From: Malacoraja senta
Taxonomy: Eukaryota
DNA: 64,000 nucleotides
Assembly (NCBI GenBank): GCA_038087875.1
Contig: CM075999.1
Span: 1,614,001 to 1,678,000 of the forward strand
Direction: 5' to 3'
Position 1 is the stretch's first letter. Every line of letters begins with the position of its first letter. Shown piece after piece: positions 49,832 through 61,550 of this stretch. The notes beneath the pieces are model-generated. The model did not search any database. It saw only the letters and a program-made list of their open reading frames with translations, and had not been told where the DNA came from. The translations under genes were made by a program, and so were the position numbers.

Positions 49832-50688
49832 GGTGGATTAACAGTGTCTCTAATACTTCCAGAAAAGTTCTGGTAGACACACCTTCCGTTATTCTACAGA
49901 CTGATGTAAATGCTCTAGGATGAGGCGCAACTAACACTGTTTCCAGCTGTGGAGGTAGATGGAATGTGGAAGAAGTACCTTTGCTTGAAAATCAAGGTAT
50001 AAATTACCTAGAGCTGTTAGGAGCATTTTATGGGCTTAAAGTTTATTGCTCTAATATGGAAAATTTGCATGTTCAGGTACAGGTTGACAATACTACAGCT
50101 GTAGCATAAGTAAATCATAAGGGTGGTATCAAGTCAGAATCTTGTGGTAGATTGGCCAATGTAATCTGGAGCTGGTGTATTGCCAGGAAAATTTGGCTGT
50201 CAGCAATGTACTTACCAGGTAAATTCAACATAGTTGCAGACACAAGGTCACGTAAATTTAATGATAATACAGAATGGATGTTGCATCATGAAATATTGAA
50301 GCAAATTGTGGCACAATTTGGAATGCCAGAGATTGACTTGTTTGCATTAAGGCTCAACCACCAATTGCCTAAGTATGTGTCATGGGAACCTGATCCGGGT
50401 GCAGTAGCGGTGGATGCTTTCTCGCTACATTGGGGTGATATGTTTCTGTATGTATTTCCTCCGTTTTGTCTAATTAATCGGTGCATACAGAAAATTAAAC
50501 AGGACTCAGCCTCATGGATTTTGGTGGTGCCAGATTGGCCTACACAGCTATGGTACCCACTGGTGTTAAAAATGATCAAAAAAACCCTTATGGTTATTCC
50601 AAAGCAGGTAAAACTACTTGTACACCCTGTAACTGATGAACCACATCCTTTACATGATCGTATTGGTTTGTTGATTTGCAGATTCTAA
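49832..50688 (+). pseudogene. Outer DIRS pol continued: RNase H and Dam-like methyltransferase domain
   Basis: WWINSV...LQTDVNALG*GA...INYLEL...VDNTTAVA*VN..GG...YLPGKFNIVADTRSR (RH); then IDLFA...DAFSLHW...YVFPPF...VVPDWP (MT). Confidence 0.88.
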
Positions 50689-50699
50689 GAAGGCCATAT

Positions 50700-51673
50700 C
50701 TTGGAAGAGGAGATTATCAGAGTGTACGGTGGATGTTATGGCAGCAGCCTGGAGGAATAGTACCCAGAAGCAATACATTTCTTATATAAGGAAATGGGAG
50801 GTGTTTTGTTCAGAAAAGAATATTGCATATAACATCGCAGACATTTCAGATATGTTAGAGTTTCTTTCAACTCTTTATTTTGAATTAAAATTAAGTTATA
50901 GTGCAATCAATACTGCACGGAGTGCACTCTCTGCATATTTATGCAGGGAATCAGAACAAAATCCAATAGGATCACATCCTTGGGTCTGTAGGTTTATGAA
51001 GGGAATTTTCAACTCCAATCTTCCTAGACCCAGGTATACAGAAATCTGAAATGTAAAAGATGTACTTATGCTGCTGCGTAAATGGAATCCTATTGAAGCT
51101 CTGTCATTGGCCAAAATTACCATGAAGTTGGTTATGCTCATGCCGTTAGTTTCAGCTCAGAGAGTTCAAACATTACAGAAGTTAAGAATAGACAGGATGA
51201 AAGTAGGGGCAGATGCCGTTACATTCTATGTCTATGATTTGCTTAAACAAAGTAGACCTGGGTTCACGGGATGTAAGTTGGGTTTTTCAGCATATCCTAT
51301 GGATCCACGGCTATGTGTAGTAACATATATAAGATGTTACATGGAAGCAACCAGAACCTTAAGAGGTACAGAATCAGCATTTTTTGTCAGCTATAAAAGT
51401 CCTCATAAGAAGGTGTCAACACAGACGATTTCAAGATGGTTGAAACAGGTGTTGATTTATTCAGGTATTGATACTGATAAATTTAAATCTCATTCCACCA
51501 GGGCGGCATCAACATCGGCGGCCAGGGATTCAGACGTTCCAATAGATCTTATCCTCGCGGCCGCAGGATGGGCAAGTGAACAGATGTTTCACAAGTATTA
51601 CCATAAGGAGATTAAAGATCCCGCGGTGTTTGGTGGTGCCGTGCTGGATTCAGTATTAAATCCCCCATTATGA
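50700..51673 (+). pseudogene. Outer DIRS tyrosine recombinase (one in-frame stop at 51047)
   Basis: AAWRNSTQKQY...SYSAINTARSALS (N-terminal domain); SAQRVQ (R), HSTR (HxxR), AGW, FHKYY (Y): catalytic residues retained. Confidence 0.92.
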
Positions 51674-51830
51674 TAAATGGGTTACTATTGTTGTAATAAA
51701 TAAAACCATTAACTGATTACATTTAATGTTGTGGTTATGCATTGTTGATTGTGTTTACTCATTTAGAGTCACTCAATGTAGTGAGCACCTGGATTTGTAT
51801 CCACGGTGTGAAATCACAGAGCTTTGAAAT

Positions 51831-51942
51831 CTTCACGTAGTCACTTACGTGACTCCGAAGTAAAATAGTAAGATTAAATGAGAACTTACCAGTTTGAAGT
51901 TTGATCTTTATTTTATGAGGAGTTACGTTGAGGGATTACGTG
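51831..51942 (+). other. Internal complementary region (ICR) of the outer DIRS
   Basis: cttcacgtagtcacttacgtgactccgaagtaa-AAT-agtaagattaaatgagaacttaccag... is complementary to the left end and the right extension. Confidence 0.92.
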
Positions 51943-52349
51943 CCCTCTGCTCCACCCTTATAAAGATCGAGCTGGTAGTTCTAGTCTTTACGTATCTTAC
52001 TATCATACTTCAGTAATTGTCGTATGTGATTTCACTCCGCTGCTTTGAAGATTGACGCGTGTGCGGCTGGACGGGCTCTTCTTCACGTAGTTCCTCAACG
52101 TAACTCCTCATAAAATAAAGATCAAACTTCAAACTGGTAAGTTCTCGTTTAATCTTACTATTAGCTGGACTATCACAAGGAACTTTGTGGCTGTGCAAGG
52201 TTTGTACAACTTCTTTCCCGTATTCAATGCTGACTTCTGAACATCAACAGGAACTCGGAACTTCAGGTAATTTTGCAACTCTGCCAGAATACAACAACAC
52301 AGCTAAAGATCTATAGTCGAGTCAATGAGCAAGAATGTGGGCCCTTTGG

Positions 52350-52670
52350 ACAATTCATCAATGTCAACCAAGTTGTCTATCTGAGCTAGCCCCATATGCC
52401 TTCATTTGGTTTATTTCCCTCTAAACCTTACCTATCCATGTGCCTACCTAAATGTACGTTAAACATTGTACATGTATCGACCTCTACAGCTTCTTCCGAC
52501 AGTTTGTGTTCCATGCACCTACCACCCTCTCTCTGAGGTTGCCACCCCTTAGGTTCCTTTCAAATCTTACTTCTCCCTCTTTAAAACTAGATCCGCTAGT
52601 TTTAGACTCTTCTATTCTGTGAAAGAGACTGTGACTGTTCATCTTATCTACGCAGCTCAAGAGCTTGATA
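52350..52670 (-). mobile_element. Older CR1-type LINE 3' fragment
   Basis: SLFHRIEESKTSGSSFK...ERVVGAWN. Confidence 0.65.
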
Positions 52671-52785
52671 AACCAAAAATGTAAAAACAAGAACTACCGT
52701 GGAGGGAAATAGATAGATGATGTTTACGTGCGGGACCAACCTCCCAAGTTGATCAAGATTCTGGTGTAATTTTACGTAACAGCAC

Positions 52786-53105
52786 AGGGTGGCACAGTGG
52801 CACAGTTGCTGCCTTACAGCAGTAAGACCTGGGTTCGATCCTTACAAAGGGTGTTGTCAGTACAGAGTTTGTACATTCCCCCTGTGACTGCATGGGTTTT
52901 CTCCGGGTGCTCCGGCTTCCTCCCATATTTCTAAGACGTACAGGTTTGTTGGTTAATTTGCTGAGGTAAAATTGTAAACTGTCCCTAGTGTGTAGGATAC
53001 AAATCTGGGATAACATGGAACTGGTGTAGGGGTGATTGTTGGTCAGTGTGGACATGCTGTGGTGAAGGGTCTGTTTCCAAGCTAGATCTCTAAACTAAAT
53101 TAAAC
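52786..53105 (+). mobile_element. V-SINE (HE1-like)
   Basis: Head, B box, V-domain, tail. Confidence 0.8.
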
Positions 53106-53334
53106 TTAACTCTTTTCAAGAGCTGTCATTTCTTGTGTTGGTGGTCCAGTCAACAATTGCAAGTAGTTTACAGGATAGAGAGAATTCCCCCAAAGTGGAG
53201 AAGGGTTTCGGACTGAAACGTTGCCTATTTCCTTCGCTCCATAGATGCTGCCGCATTCACTGAGTTTCTCCAGCACTTTTGTCTACCTTCGATTTTCCAG
53301 CATCAGCAGTTCCTTCTTGAACATTACTTATTAA

Positions 53335-53640
53335 GTTTAGTTTAGAGATACCGCGTGGAAACAGGCGCTTTTGCCCACTGAGTCCGCACCCACCAGCGAT
53401 CCACGCACATTAACATTATCCTACACACACTCGGGACAATTTTACATTTATACCAATCCAATTAGCTTACAAACCTGGACGTCTTTGGATTGTGGGAGGA
53501 AACTGAAGATCTCGGAGAAAACCAACGCATGTCATGGGGAGAACGTACAAACTCCGTACATACAGCATCCTTAGTCAGGATGGAACCCAGGTCTCTGGCG
53601 CTGTAAGCAGCAACTCTACCACTGCGCCATCTTGCCATGC
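53335..53640 (-). mobile_element. V-SINE (HE1-like)
   Basis: Reverse copy. Confidence 0.8.
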
Positions 53641-54552
53641 ATATTGGAACACAAAACTGAGAATTTCAATCCCATGTTTACACCATGTTTGCTTTTCTAC
53701 TTCCCAAGACATAACTGAAGACATAACTGCCAGAAATTAGATTACTGTTTCCAATGATGAATGATATAATAGATGAATAAAGGGCAAGTAGCAACGTCAG
53801 TGCCAGTTTGCACATTAGCTAACATTCCTGAAGCGACGCCATAAGTTAATAGATACCATTTTCCCACAACACTGTTTTCTCTGACGTGTGCACCTAACTT
53901 TGAGAGTTGCTGCTTGTTTCACTGATCTGCTAACACAGTTTGAAGACGGGAGATCATCCAATGTTCAGGACAATATTCCTCCTCAATCAACACTATCAAA
54001 AGGCAAATCAATGTGAAGGAAGGAACTGTAGATACTGGTTTAGAACGATGATAGACACAAAAAACTGGTGCAACTCAGCGGGACAGGCAGCATCTCTGGA
54101 GAGAAGGAATGGGTGACGTTTCGTGTCTGAAGAAGGGTCTTGACCCAAAACGTCACCCATTTCTCCTCTCCAGAGATGATGCCTGTCCCGCTGAGTTACT
54201 CCACTTTAATTCAATCAATGGTTCTCTATTGTCACATATGCACTGCACAGCAATATTCTTATAGCTCACACATGCACGAGTCACCATATTTTGGCGTCAT
54301 TAACACAAATTCCAAAGTCTGGTCCATGTGTTTAATGTATTGGAGCCCCCCTGATCCAAGTTAGCCCCAGGCTGCTGCAGGGCCTCCTCCGTCGCCATCG
54401 ACCAGCTTGGCTCGCCAACCGACGTCCCTCTCCTCGCCCGACTGCCTCGGTGTCCCAGGAGCGCCTCCTGCAGCCGACCATGAAGACGCTGCAGGCAATA
54501 CCGGCCCTCTCCTCACATCCGTCATTGGCAGCGGTTTCCCCCCTCCTCGACT

Positions 54553-55030
54553 TTTACAAGAATGATCCCGGGAATGAGTGGGTTAACCTATGATGAGCAT
54601 TTGTCGGCACTGGGCCTGCACTCGCTGGAGTTTAGAAGAATGAGGGGAGAACTTCATTGAAACATACAAAATAGTGAAAGGCTTGGATAGGGTGGATTTG
54701 GAGAGGATGTTTCCACTAGTGGGAGAGTCTAGAACTAGAGGTCATATCCTCCGAATTAAAGGAAGTTCTTTTAGGAAGGAGATGAGGAGAAATTTCTTTA
54801 GTTAGAGGGTGGTGAATCTGTGGAATTCTTTGCCACAGAAGGCTGCGGAGGCCAAGTCAGTGGATATTTTTAAGGCAGAGATATAGATTCTTGATTAGTA
54901 CAGGCATCAGAGGTTGTGGGGAGAAGGTAGGAGAATGGGATTAGGAGGGAGAGATAGATCAGCCATGATTGAATGGAGGAGTAGACTTGATGGGCCAAAT
55001 GGCCTAATTGTGCTCCTATCACTTATGACC
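54553..55030 (+). mobile_element. CR1-type LINE 3' fragment
   Basis: tttacaagaatgatcccgggaatg...gggtggtgaatctgtggaattc...cacttatgacctt. Confidence 0.85.
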
Positions 55031-55653
55031 TTCTGACTCTCTGGTTTTCAGGGCCGAGCTTGGCGGCTTCTGAGCTTCCCCCTCTGGGGGAGTTCGCTGG
55101 CCATTCTTCTCCACCCATCTCACCACATCACTCAACTCCAAAGGAACATTTTGCATGTGGATCTGAAAGCACTTCTGATTATGAGTCCCGTGCTCCAAAC
55201 ATCATGAAGTCATGCAGCCTTGTATATATCAATTTCACCAAAGCACTTTATACACAATCAGCAAAATGAGTACAGACTACAAACTTAAAATCTCTAATCA
55301 TTTATTTACTAAAAAGCAATGAAATAATATCTATAGGTGTGCCAGGTAAAAGGTGTCACACAATGGCCACAGATTATCAGCAATACTTCATAACACAAAT
55401 ATTATTGGTATTACTAGTCCTGGAACTTTACTCAAGAACATTGCCCAGACAATAATCATTGTCCTATTTTTAATGCTGACTCAGCCTGACACCATTGATC
55501 TCCAGGGAGTGAATGATAACTGACCTCAAGATAATGTTTTTATTACCTTTCAAAAAATTATTTAGATTTAGATTTGCCGCAGAAGTGATAAAATAATGCA
55601 TCAGCACTTTGGTTTCTCTCGCCAATGAGTCACGTTACTGAGAAATATTACCT

Positions 55654-55942
55654 AGGGCGGCACGGTGGTGCAGCGGTAGAGTTGCTGCCTTACAGCGCTG
55701 GTGACCCGGGTTCAATCCTGACTGCGGGTGCTGCCTGTACGGAATTTGCACGTTCTCCCCGTGGGTTTTCTCCGAGATCTTCGGTTTCCTCCCGCACTCC
55801 AAAGACGTACAGGCTTGTAGGTAAATTGGCATGGTGTAAATCCCTAGTGTGTGTTGGATAGTGTTAATACGTGGGGATCACTGGTGGGTGCGGACTCGGT
55901 GGGCCGAAGGGCATGTTTCTGCGCTGTATCTCTAAACTAAAC
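55654..55942 (+). mobile_element. V-SINE (HE1-like)
   Basis: Complete copy. Confidence 0.85.
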
Positions 55943-56069
55943 AGACATGGATTCCATACAAAGAAGCCTTCTCGTTGTGCAGAGGGGAAGTGGAGTTGAA
56001 AATTCCATGAAACTGGAAGCTCAAGATGGCTGGCCAGAAGAATACCTCGTATAACACCTCAAGACCCAG

Positions 56070-56870
56070 TGGGATATAGATCAGCTGCAGAAATGGTCAG
56101 AGAAATGGCAGATGGAGTTTAACCTGAGCAAGTGCGAGGTGCTGCACTTTGGGAGGTTGAAAGTAAGAGGAAAGTACAGATAACGGCAAGTCCCTTAACA
56201 GTGTTGATCAGCATCGGGATCCTGGAGTCCAAGTTCATTGCTCACTGAAGGTGGCAGCACAAGTAGATAGGATGGTAAAGGTGGTGAATGGTGTGCTTGC
56301 CTTCATTGCTAGGAACATTGAATAGTCAGGAAGTCATGATACAGCTCTATAGGACTTTGGTTACACCACATTTGGAGTGTTGTGTGCAATTCCGGTCATC
56401 CCATTGGAGTCTTTGGAGAGGGTGCAGAGAAGGTTTACCCGAATGCTGCCTGGATTAGAGGGTTTCAGCTAAAGGGAGAGGTTGAATAGACTTGGATTGT
56501 TTTCTCTGGAATGTCAGAGGTTGAGGAGAGACTTGATAGAAGTATATAAAATGATGAGAGGGATGGTCAGGGGAGAAAGTTAGAACATTTATCCCAGGAT
56601 GGAAATGTCCAACACTAGGGGGCAGAGCTCTAAGTTGAGGGGAAAAAGTTTAACGGAGATATGCAAGGCAAGTGTTTTATTAAAGCAGTTCTGGAACGCA
56701 TTGCCAGGGGTGGTGGTGGAGGCAGATACTATAGTGGTGTTTAAGAGGCATTTAGAAAAGCACATGGGAGTGCAAGAAAGAATGTGATATGGATCATGTG
56801 CATGTAGATGAGATCAGTTCAACTTGGTTTCATGTTCGGCACAAACTGTGCTGGACTGTTCCTGTGCTGG
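56070..56870 (+). mobile_element. Older CR1-type LINE ORF2 fragment
   Basis: DIDQLQKWSEKWQMEFN..KCEVLHFG...LYRTLVTPHLECCVQF...QRRFTRMLPG; decayed. Confidence 0.8.
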
Positions 56871-57489
56871 ACTGTTCCTCAGACACAAAACGCTGGGGAG
56901 AGGGAGTCATTCGCTTTTGGTCCCCTCCCCTGACTCTCAGTCTGAAGAAAGGTCTCGATCCGAAACGTCACCCATTCTTTCTCTCCAGAGATGCTACCTG
57001 TCCCGCTGAGTTACTCCAGCATTTTGTGTCTATTTTCGGCGTAAACCGGCATCAGCAGTTCAGTCCAACACGTTGTACATTTCTATGTTCTAGTAAACAA
57101 GGAATGTGTGCTTTATTTCCCCAGTTACTGCCATTCCTGAATATAACTCTAACATTTTTGTAGTAAATCTTTCTAGACAGTCAAAACAGGTATGAACCTG
57201 CGTTGGTTACATGGGTTACTCTTGCCTTTAAAAACACAGAGATTATGATAGTTATATATTTTTTTTAAAGAAAAAAAAGAGGAATTTAACTGAGTGTGCT
57301 GGTTCTCAGTAGTATGTGGGGCAGGAAACATGCAACAGGTTAAATCAATGACAACATTAGCGTGATGTCATATGGTTCTCCACTGTGACTTTCAGTCACA
57401 CAATCCAGACATAGTAACACTGAAAGTAATATTGCTGTCATCAATTTTTACCTACCTCAAAAAATATTTCATTAATTCACTGGGACAGC

Positions 57490-58442
57490 GATTCAGATTC
57501 CAGGACAGTTTCTTCCCAGCTATTATCGGGCAATTGAATCATCCTCCCACAACTGGAGTTGTAAATGGCTCGATTGTCATCATGTATTGCCTTTCCGCTG
57601 ACTGGTTAGCACGCAACAAAAAGCTTTTCACTGTACCTCGGCACACGTGACAATAAACCATAATCTCTGTGATGTCAACAAAATAGAGAGAGTACAGAGG
57701 AGATTTACTAGAATGTTGCCTGGGTTTCAGCAACTAAGTTACAGAGAAAGGTTGAACAAGTTAGGTCTTTATTCTTTGGAGCGCAGAAGGTTAAGAGGGG
57801 ACTTGATAGAGGTCTTTAAAATTATGAGCGGGTTAGACAGAGTTGACGTGGATAAGCTTTTTCCATTGAGAGTAGGGAAGATTCAAACAAGGGGACATGA
57901 CTTGAGAATGAAGGGACAGAAGTTTAGGGGTAACATTAGGGGGATCTTCTTTACTCAGAGAGTGGTAGCTGTGTGGAATGAGCTTCCAGTGGAAGTGGTG
58001 GAGGCTGGTTCGATTTTATCCTTTAAAAATAGATTGGATGGGTATATGGACGGGAAAGGAATGGAGGGTTATGGTCTGTGTGCAGGTAGATGGGACTAGG
58101 GGAAAGTATTTATTTTAATTTAAAAAAATTGTTTAAAAAATGTTTGGCATGGACTTGAAGGGCCGAGATGGCCTGTTTCCGTGCTGTAATGGTTATATGG
58201 TTATATGGTTATATGGTTATATGGTTATATGGAGGGAAGTCCTGAACTACCGTCTAACTCATTGGTGACCCTCGGACTATCTTCGATCTGACTTTACCTT
58301 GCACTAGAAGTTATTCCCTTATCATGTATCTATACACTGTAAATGGCTCGATTGTCATCATGTATTGTCTTTCCGCTGACTGGTTAGCACGCAACAAAAA
58401 GCTTTTCACTGTACCTCGGCACACGTGACAATAAACTAAACT
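57490..58442 (+). mobile_element. Rex1/Babar 3' end split by a CR1 insertion (about 57670-58230, (GGTTATAT)n tail)
   Basis: RFQDSFFPAIIGQLN, then CR1 ERVQRRFTRMLPG...FFTQRVVAVWNELP; TGGAG at both junctions; the Rex tail is present twice. Confidence 0.8.
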
Positions 58443-59334
58443 GAGGTACTTTGGGATGTTCTGGGTTGTGAACACATGAACATTTGTAGTGGAATCAAGA
58501 ACAGGCCCTTTGATCCACCTTTCAGTACGTTCATGACCACGCCTGTAGCATAGTTCCACATTCTACCCGATCCCCACATCCATCAGTGTCCAAAAATCTC
58601 AGTGACCAGACATCCACTATCCTCGGAGGTGGAGCTCCAAAGGTTTTCAACCATAAAAGCAATTGTGCTAATTGAAGTAATTCCTTTCTCTAGAAGAGTC
58701 AAGAGTATTTTATTGACACCAGCAACAGGGACCCCGGTTCGATCCTGACCACGGGTGCTGTCTGGATGGAGTTTGGACATTTTCCCTGTGACCTTGAGGG
58801 TTTTCACAGGGTGCTCTGGTTTCATCCCAAAGACGTGCAGATTTGTAGGTTAATTGGCCTTTGCAAAATGCCACTAGGGTGTAGGATAGAACTAGTGTAT
58901 AGGTGATTGTTGCTTGGCATGGATTCAGTCGCCCGAAAGGCCAGTTTCCACTCTGTACAGGTGGTATCTAAACAAAAAAAAAAATCACAATGTTCTTCTG
59001 CTAAAATAAAATCACTTCTATTTTTAGAATGAACATAATACTTGTGACAATCCTGATTTTATAGGAGTTTACCCAACCAGATACTTTCATCTATCTAAAT
59101 GTCACCATGATTCCAGATAATGTCCTTTAAACAAAATATAAGCTAACAATAGCTTCATCGAATAATCTTTTCAAACCACACCTTTCCATCATTCCTTCAG
59201 CCCACATCTCTCTGAATTGAATGACGTGAGTGAACAGAACATTGTGAACCAGCCTGCTTGCTTCATTTCTGCCAATTCCTGCCCTTTCAATTTTTATCTC
59301 GTCAACCAAAAATAACCATACCCGGGCCGATGAT

Positions 59335-59573
59335 ATTTGCTTGTGCAAAATACAAGTCATGCTCAAATATGTGATTGCTTTTATTGTTGGTTGTCTGGCG
59401 TAATGCTGATATTACTAAGATGGTGAAGGAATAGGAAATGTCTGTTGTGTTAGACATCGTATTTTCTCACGTACGACAATAGGTGTTTCACATTCCTTCA
59501 CCATCGTAGTAATATCAGTGCCATCTAGGCAAACAATCATGTAAGCTTTGAGCAATGACTTCTTTGAGTAAAT
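59335..59573 (+). other. Long imperfect inverted repeat / candidate RNA hairpin in unique sequence
   Basis: Core arms 59406-59448 and 59476-59518: 36 Watson-Crick pairs, 4 G-U and 3 mismatches over 43 positions; further outer helices. Confidence 0.7.
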
Positions 59574-59655
59574 TCTGTTCAGACGTTTGAAAATGCATGT
59601 CCAAAAATTATATCTACTGTCTTTGCAAATAACACGCTTAATAGAAGAAAAAAAT

Positions 59656-60359
59656 GGAAATAAGTTTGAAGAAGGGTCCCAACCAGAAACGTCACCTGTC
59701 CATTCCCTACACAGATACTGCCGGACCCGTTGAGTTCCTCCAGCACTTTGTGTTTTGCTCAAGATACCAGCATCTGCAGTTGCTTACGTCTCCATGGAAA
59801 TGAGTAGGAGTATTTGACAAGATCAAATTCCAGAACCTTAACACATTCATCTATGTTAGAAAAGGCAACTGATGGCTCTTCCATAAAAATGTGTTACATT
59901 TCTAGTGATTTTAACATTTTACAGCACAACTCGAGACCATTAACTATACTGTGACTGTTCTGGTTCTACAAAGAAATTATCTTTGATCAAAGATCTTACA
60001 GAGGTGTATAAAACCCATGAGGGGAGTAGATCGGGTAGAAGCACAGAGTCTCTTGCCCAGAGTCGGTGAATTGAGGACCAGAGGACATAGGTTTAAGGTG
60101 AAGGGAAAAGATTTAATAAGGACTCTGAGGGGTAACTTTTTTACACAAAGGTGTGGTAGGTGTATGGAACAAGCTGCCAGAGGAGGTAGTTGAGGCAGGG
60201 ACTATCCCAATATTTAAGAAACAGTTAGACAGGTAGGACAGGTTTGGAGGGACATGGACCATACGCGGGCAGGTGGGACTAGTGTAGCTGGGACATTGTT
60301 GGCCGCTGTGGGCAAGTTGGGCTGAAGAGCCTGTTTCCACGCTGTATCACTCTATGACT
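59656..60359 (+). repeat. Copy 2 (uninterrupted) of the chimeric PLE-unique-CR1 unit
   Basis: Collinear with 18067-18512 plus 19683-19940. Confidence 0.85.
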
Positions 60360-60822
60360 TTAAATGCTCCAATTCGTTCCATTTAAGCTGCTTTCACTAT
60401 TCTTCCAGACCTACACATTCCAAAACATAACAATTCTGCATCAAAACTGTTCTGATAATTTCTGCAATGTTCAAAATCTGTGCTTCCAATTATCACACAA
60501 AATGGAAACTGCTTTCCTACAAAACACAATAATTTTGAACATTTCCATCATGTCTTCTTGCCATAAGGTGCTTCATTCCAGCTTTTCCCAGCAGCACAAC
60601 AGAATATGTAAACATAGTACTCTGTACACAATAAAATAGACAAAAAAAATGTTCAGTATATATTCAGGTTGCATTCCAGTGCCAGCTTAGCTAGTCATCC
60701 ACATCATCTATTTGCAACACCTTAAATGGTCAAGCATTCCTTCAAGGGTCCCAATTAGTTGATTGATATTTCTTTCCAAAATTTACCCATCACTAAATCT
60801 GAGACTCTTGAGCTTCTCTATT

Positions 60823-61122
60823 CCACCGTGCACCGGTAGAGTTGCTGCCTTACAGCGCTTGCAGCGCCGGAGACCCGGGTTCGATCCCGACTACGGGTGC
60901 TGTCTGTACGGAGTTTGTACATTATCCCCGTGTCCTGCGTGCATTTTCTCAGAGATCTTCGGTTTCCTCCCACACTCCCAAGATCTACAGGTTTGTAGGT
61001 AAATTGGCTGGGTGTATGTGTAAATTGTCTCAAGTGTGTGTAGGATAGTGTTAATGTGCGGGGATCGCTGGTCGGTGCCAACTCGGTGGGTCTGTTTCCG
61101 CGCTGTATCTCTGAACTAAAAA
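60823..61122 (+). mobile_element. V-SINE (HE1-like)
   Basis: Head with duplicated tt(a/g)cagcgc, B box, V-domain, tail. Confidence 0.82.
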
Positions 61123-61550
61123 CGAAACCCTCGCTGTGTAATTAAGTAAATGTCAGGTTTGGCTGTTCTGTGCTATTTAGGTCATTTCTAAGCCTGAAAA
61201 TTAGAGTTTAGTCACAACATTCCTTGCACCATTGGCAAGATTTGAATGTTTCCCTTATTTCATGCTTTTCAACGTGGGGGGAAAGCCTTTCAAACCACCT
61301 GTTCTCATTTTCTCCTCAGCGTCATGGAAACATTATCAGGCAAACAAAGAGCAGGAGACACAAGGAACTGCAGATGCCGGAATCCTGAGCGAAACACAAA
61401 GTGCTGGAGGAACTCAGAGGGTCGGGCAGTATCTGTGGAGGGGTTAGATAAACGACATTTGGGCTCGGAACCCTTCTTCAAACCTGGTGTCTACACACTA
61501 CTGTGTCCAAGGACTGAGCACCTGGGCCCTCCCAAATTCCACCTCTTCAT

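Larger units (their letters stand above)
42250..52162 (+). mobile_element. DIRS1-like tyrosine-recombinase retrotransposon (outer element, about 5.1 kb without the insert)
   Basis: Left end ATTTTACTTCGGAGTCACG...; ITR at about 42276-42313 inverted with 52053-52091; ICR 51831-51942 complementary to both ends; right end ...TTTAATCTTACTATT; gene order gag, RT, RH, MT, YR. Confidence 0.95.

Noticed and set aside
50152..51673. Prophage or bacterial contamination (phage integrase plus Dam methylase)
   Set aside because: Both domains are standard parts of a DIRS1 element with RT, RNase H, ITRs and ICR, embedded in vertebrate repeats.
42061..52170. agctggac at about 42063 and 52163 as a DIRS target-site duplication
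   Set aside because: The left copy is about 180 bp from the terminus; the junctions are fully explained by the shared ATT.
59415..59762. 115-aa minus-strand ORF over the hairpin
   Set aside because: It starts inside a PLE repeat and has no recognisable homology; the inverted repeat explains the region better.
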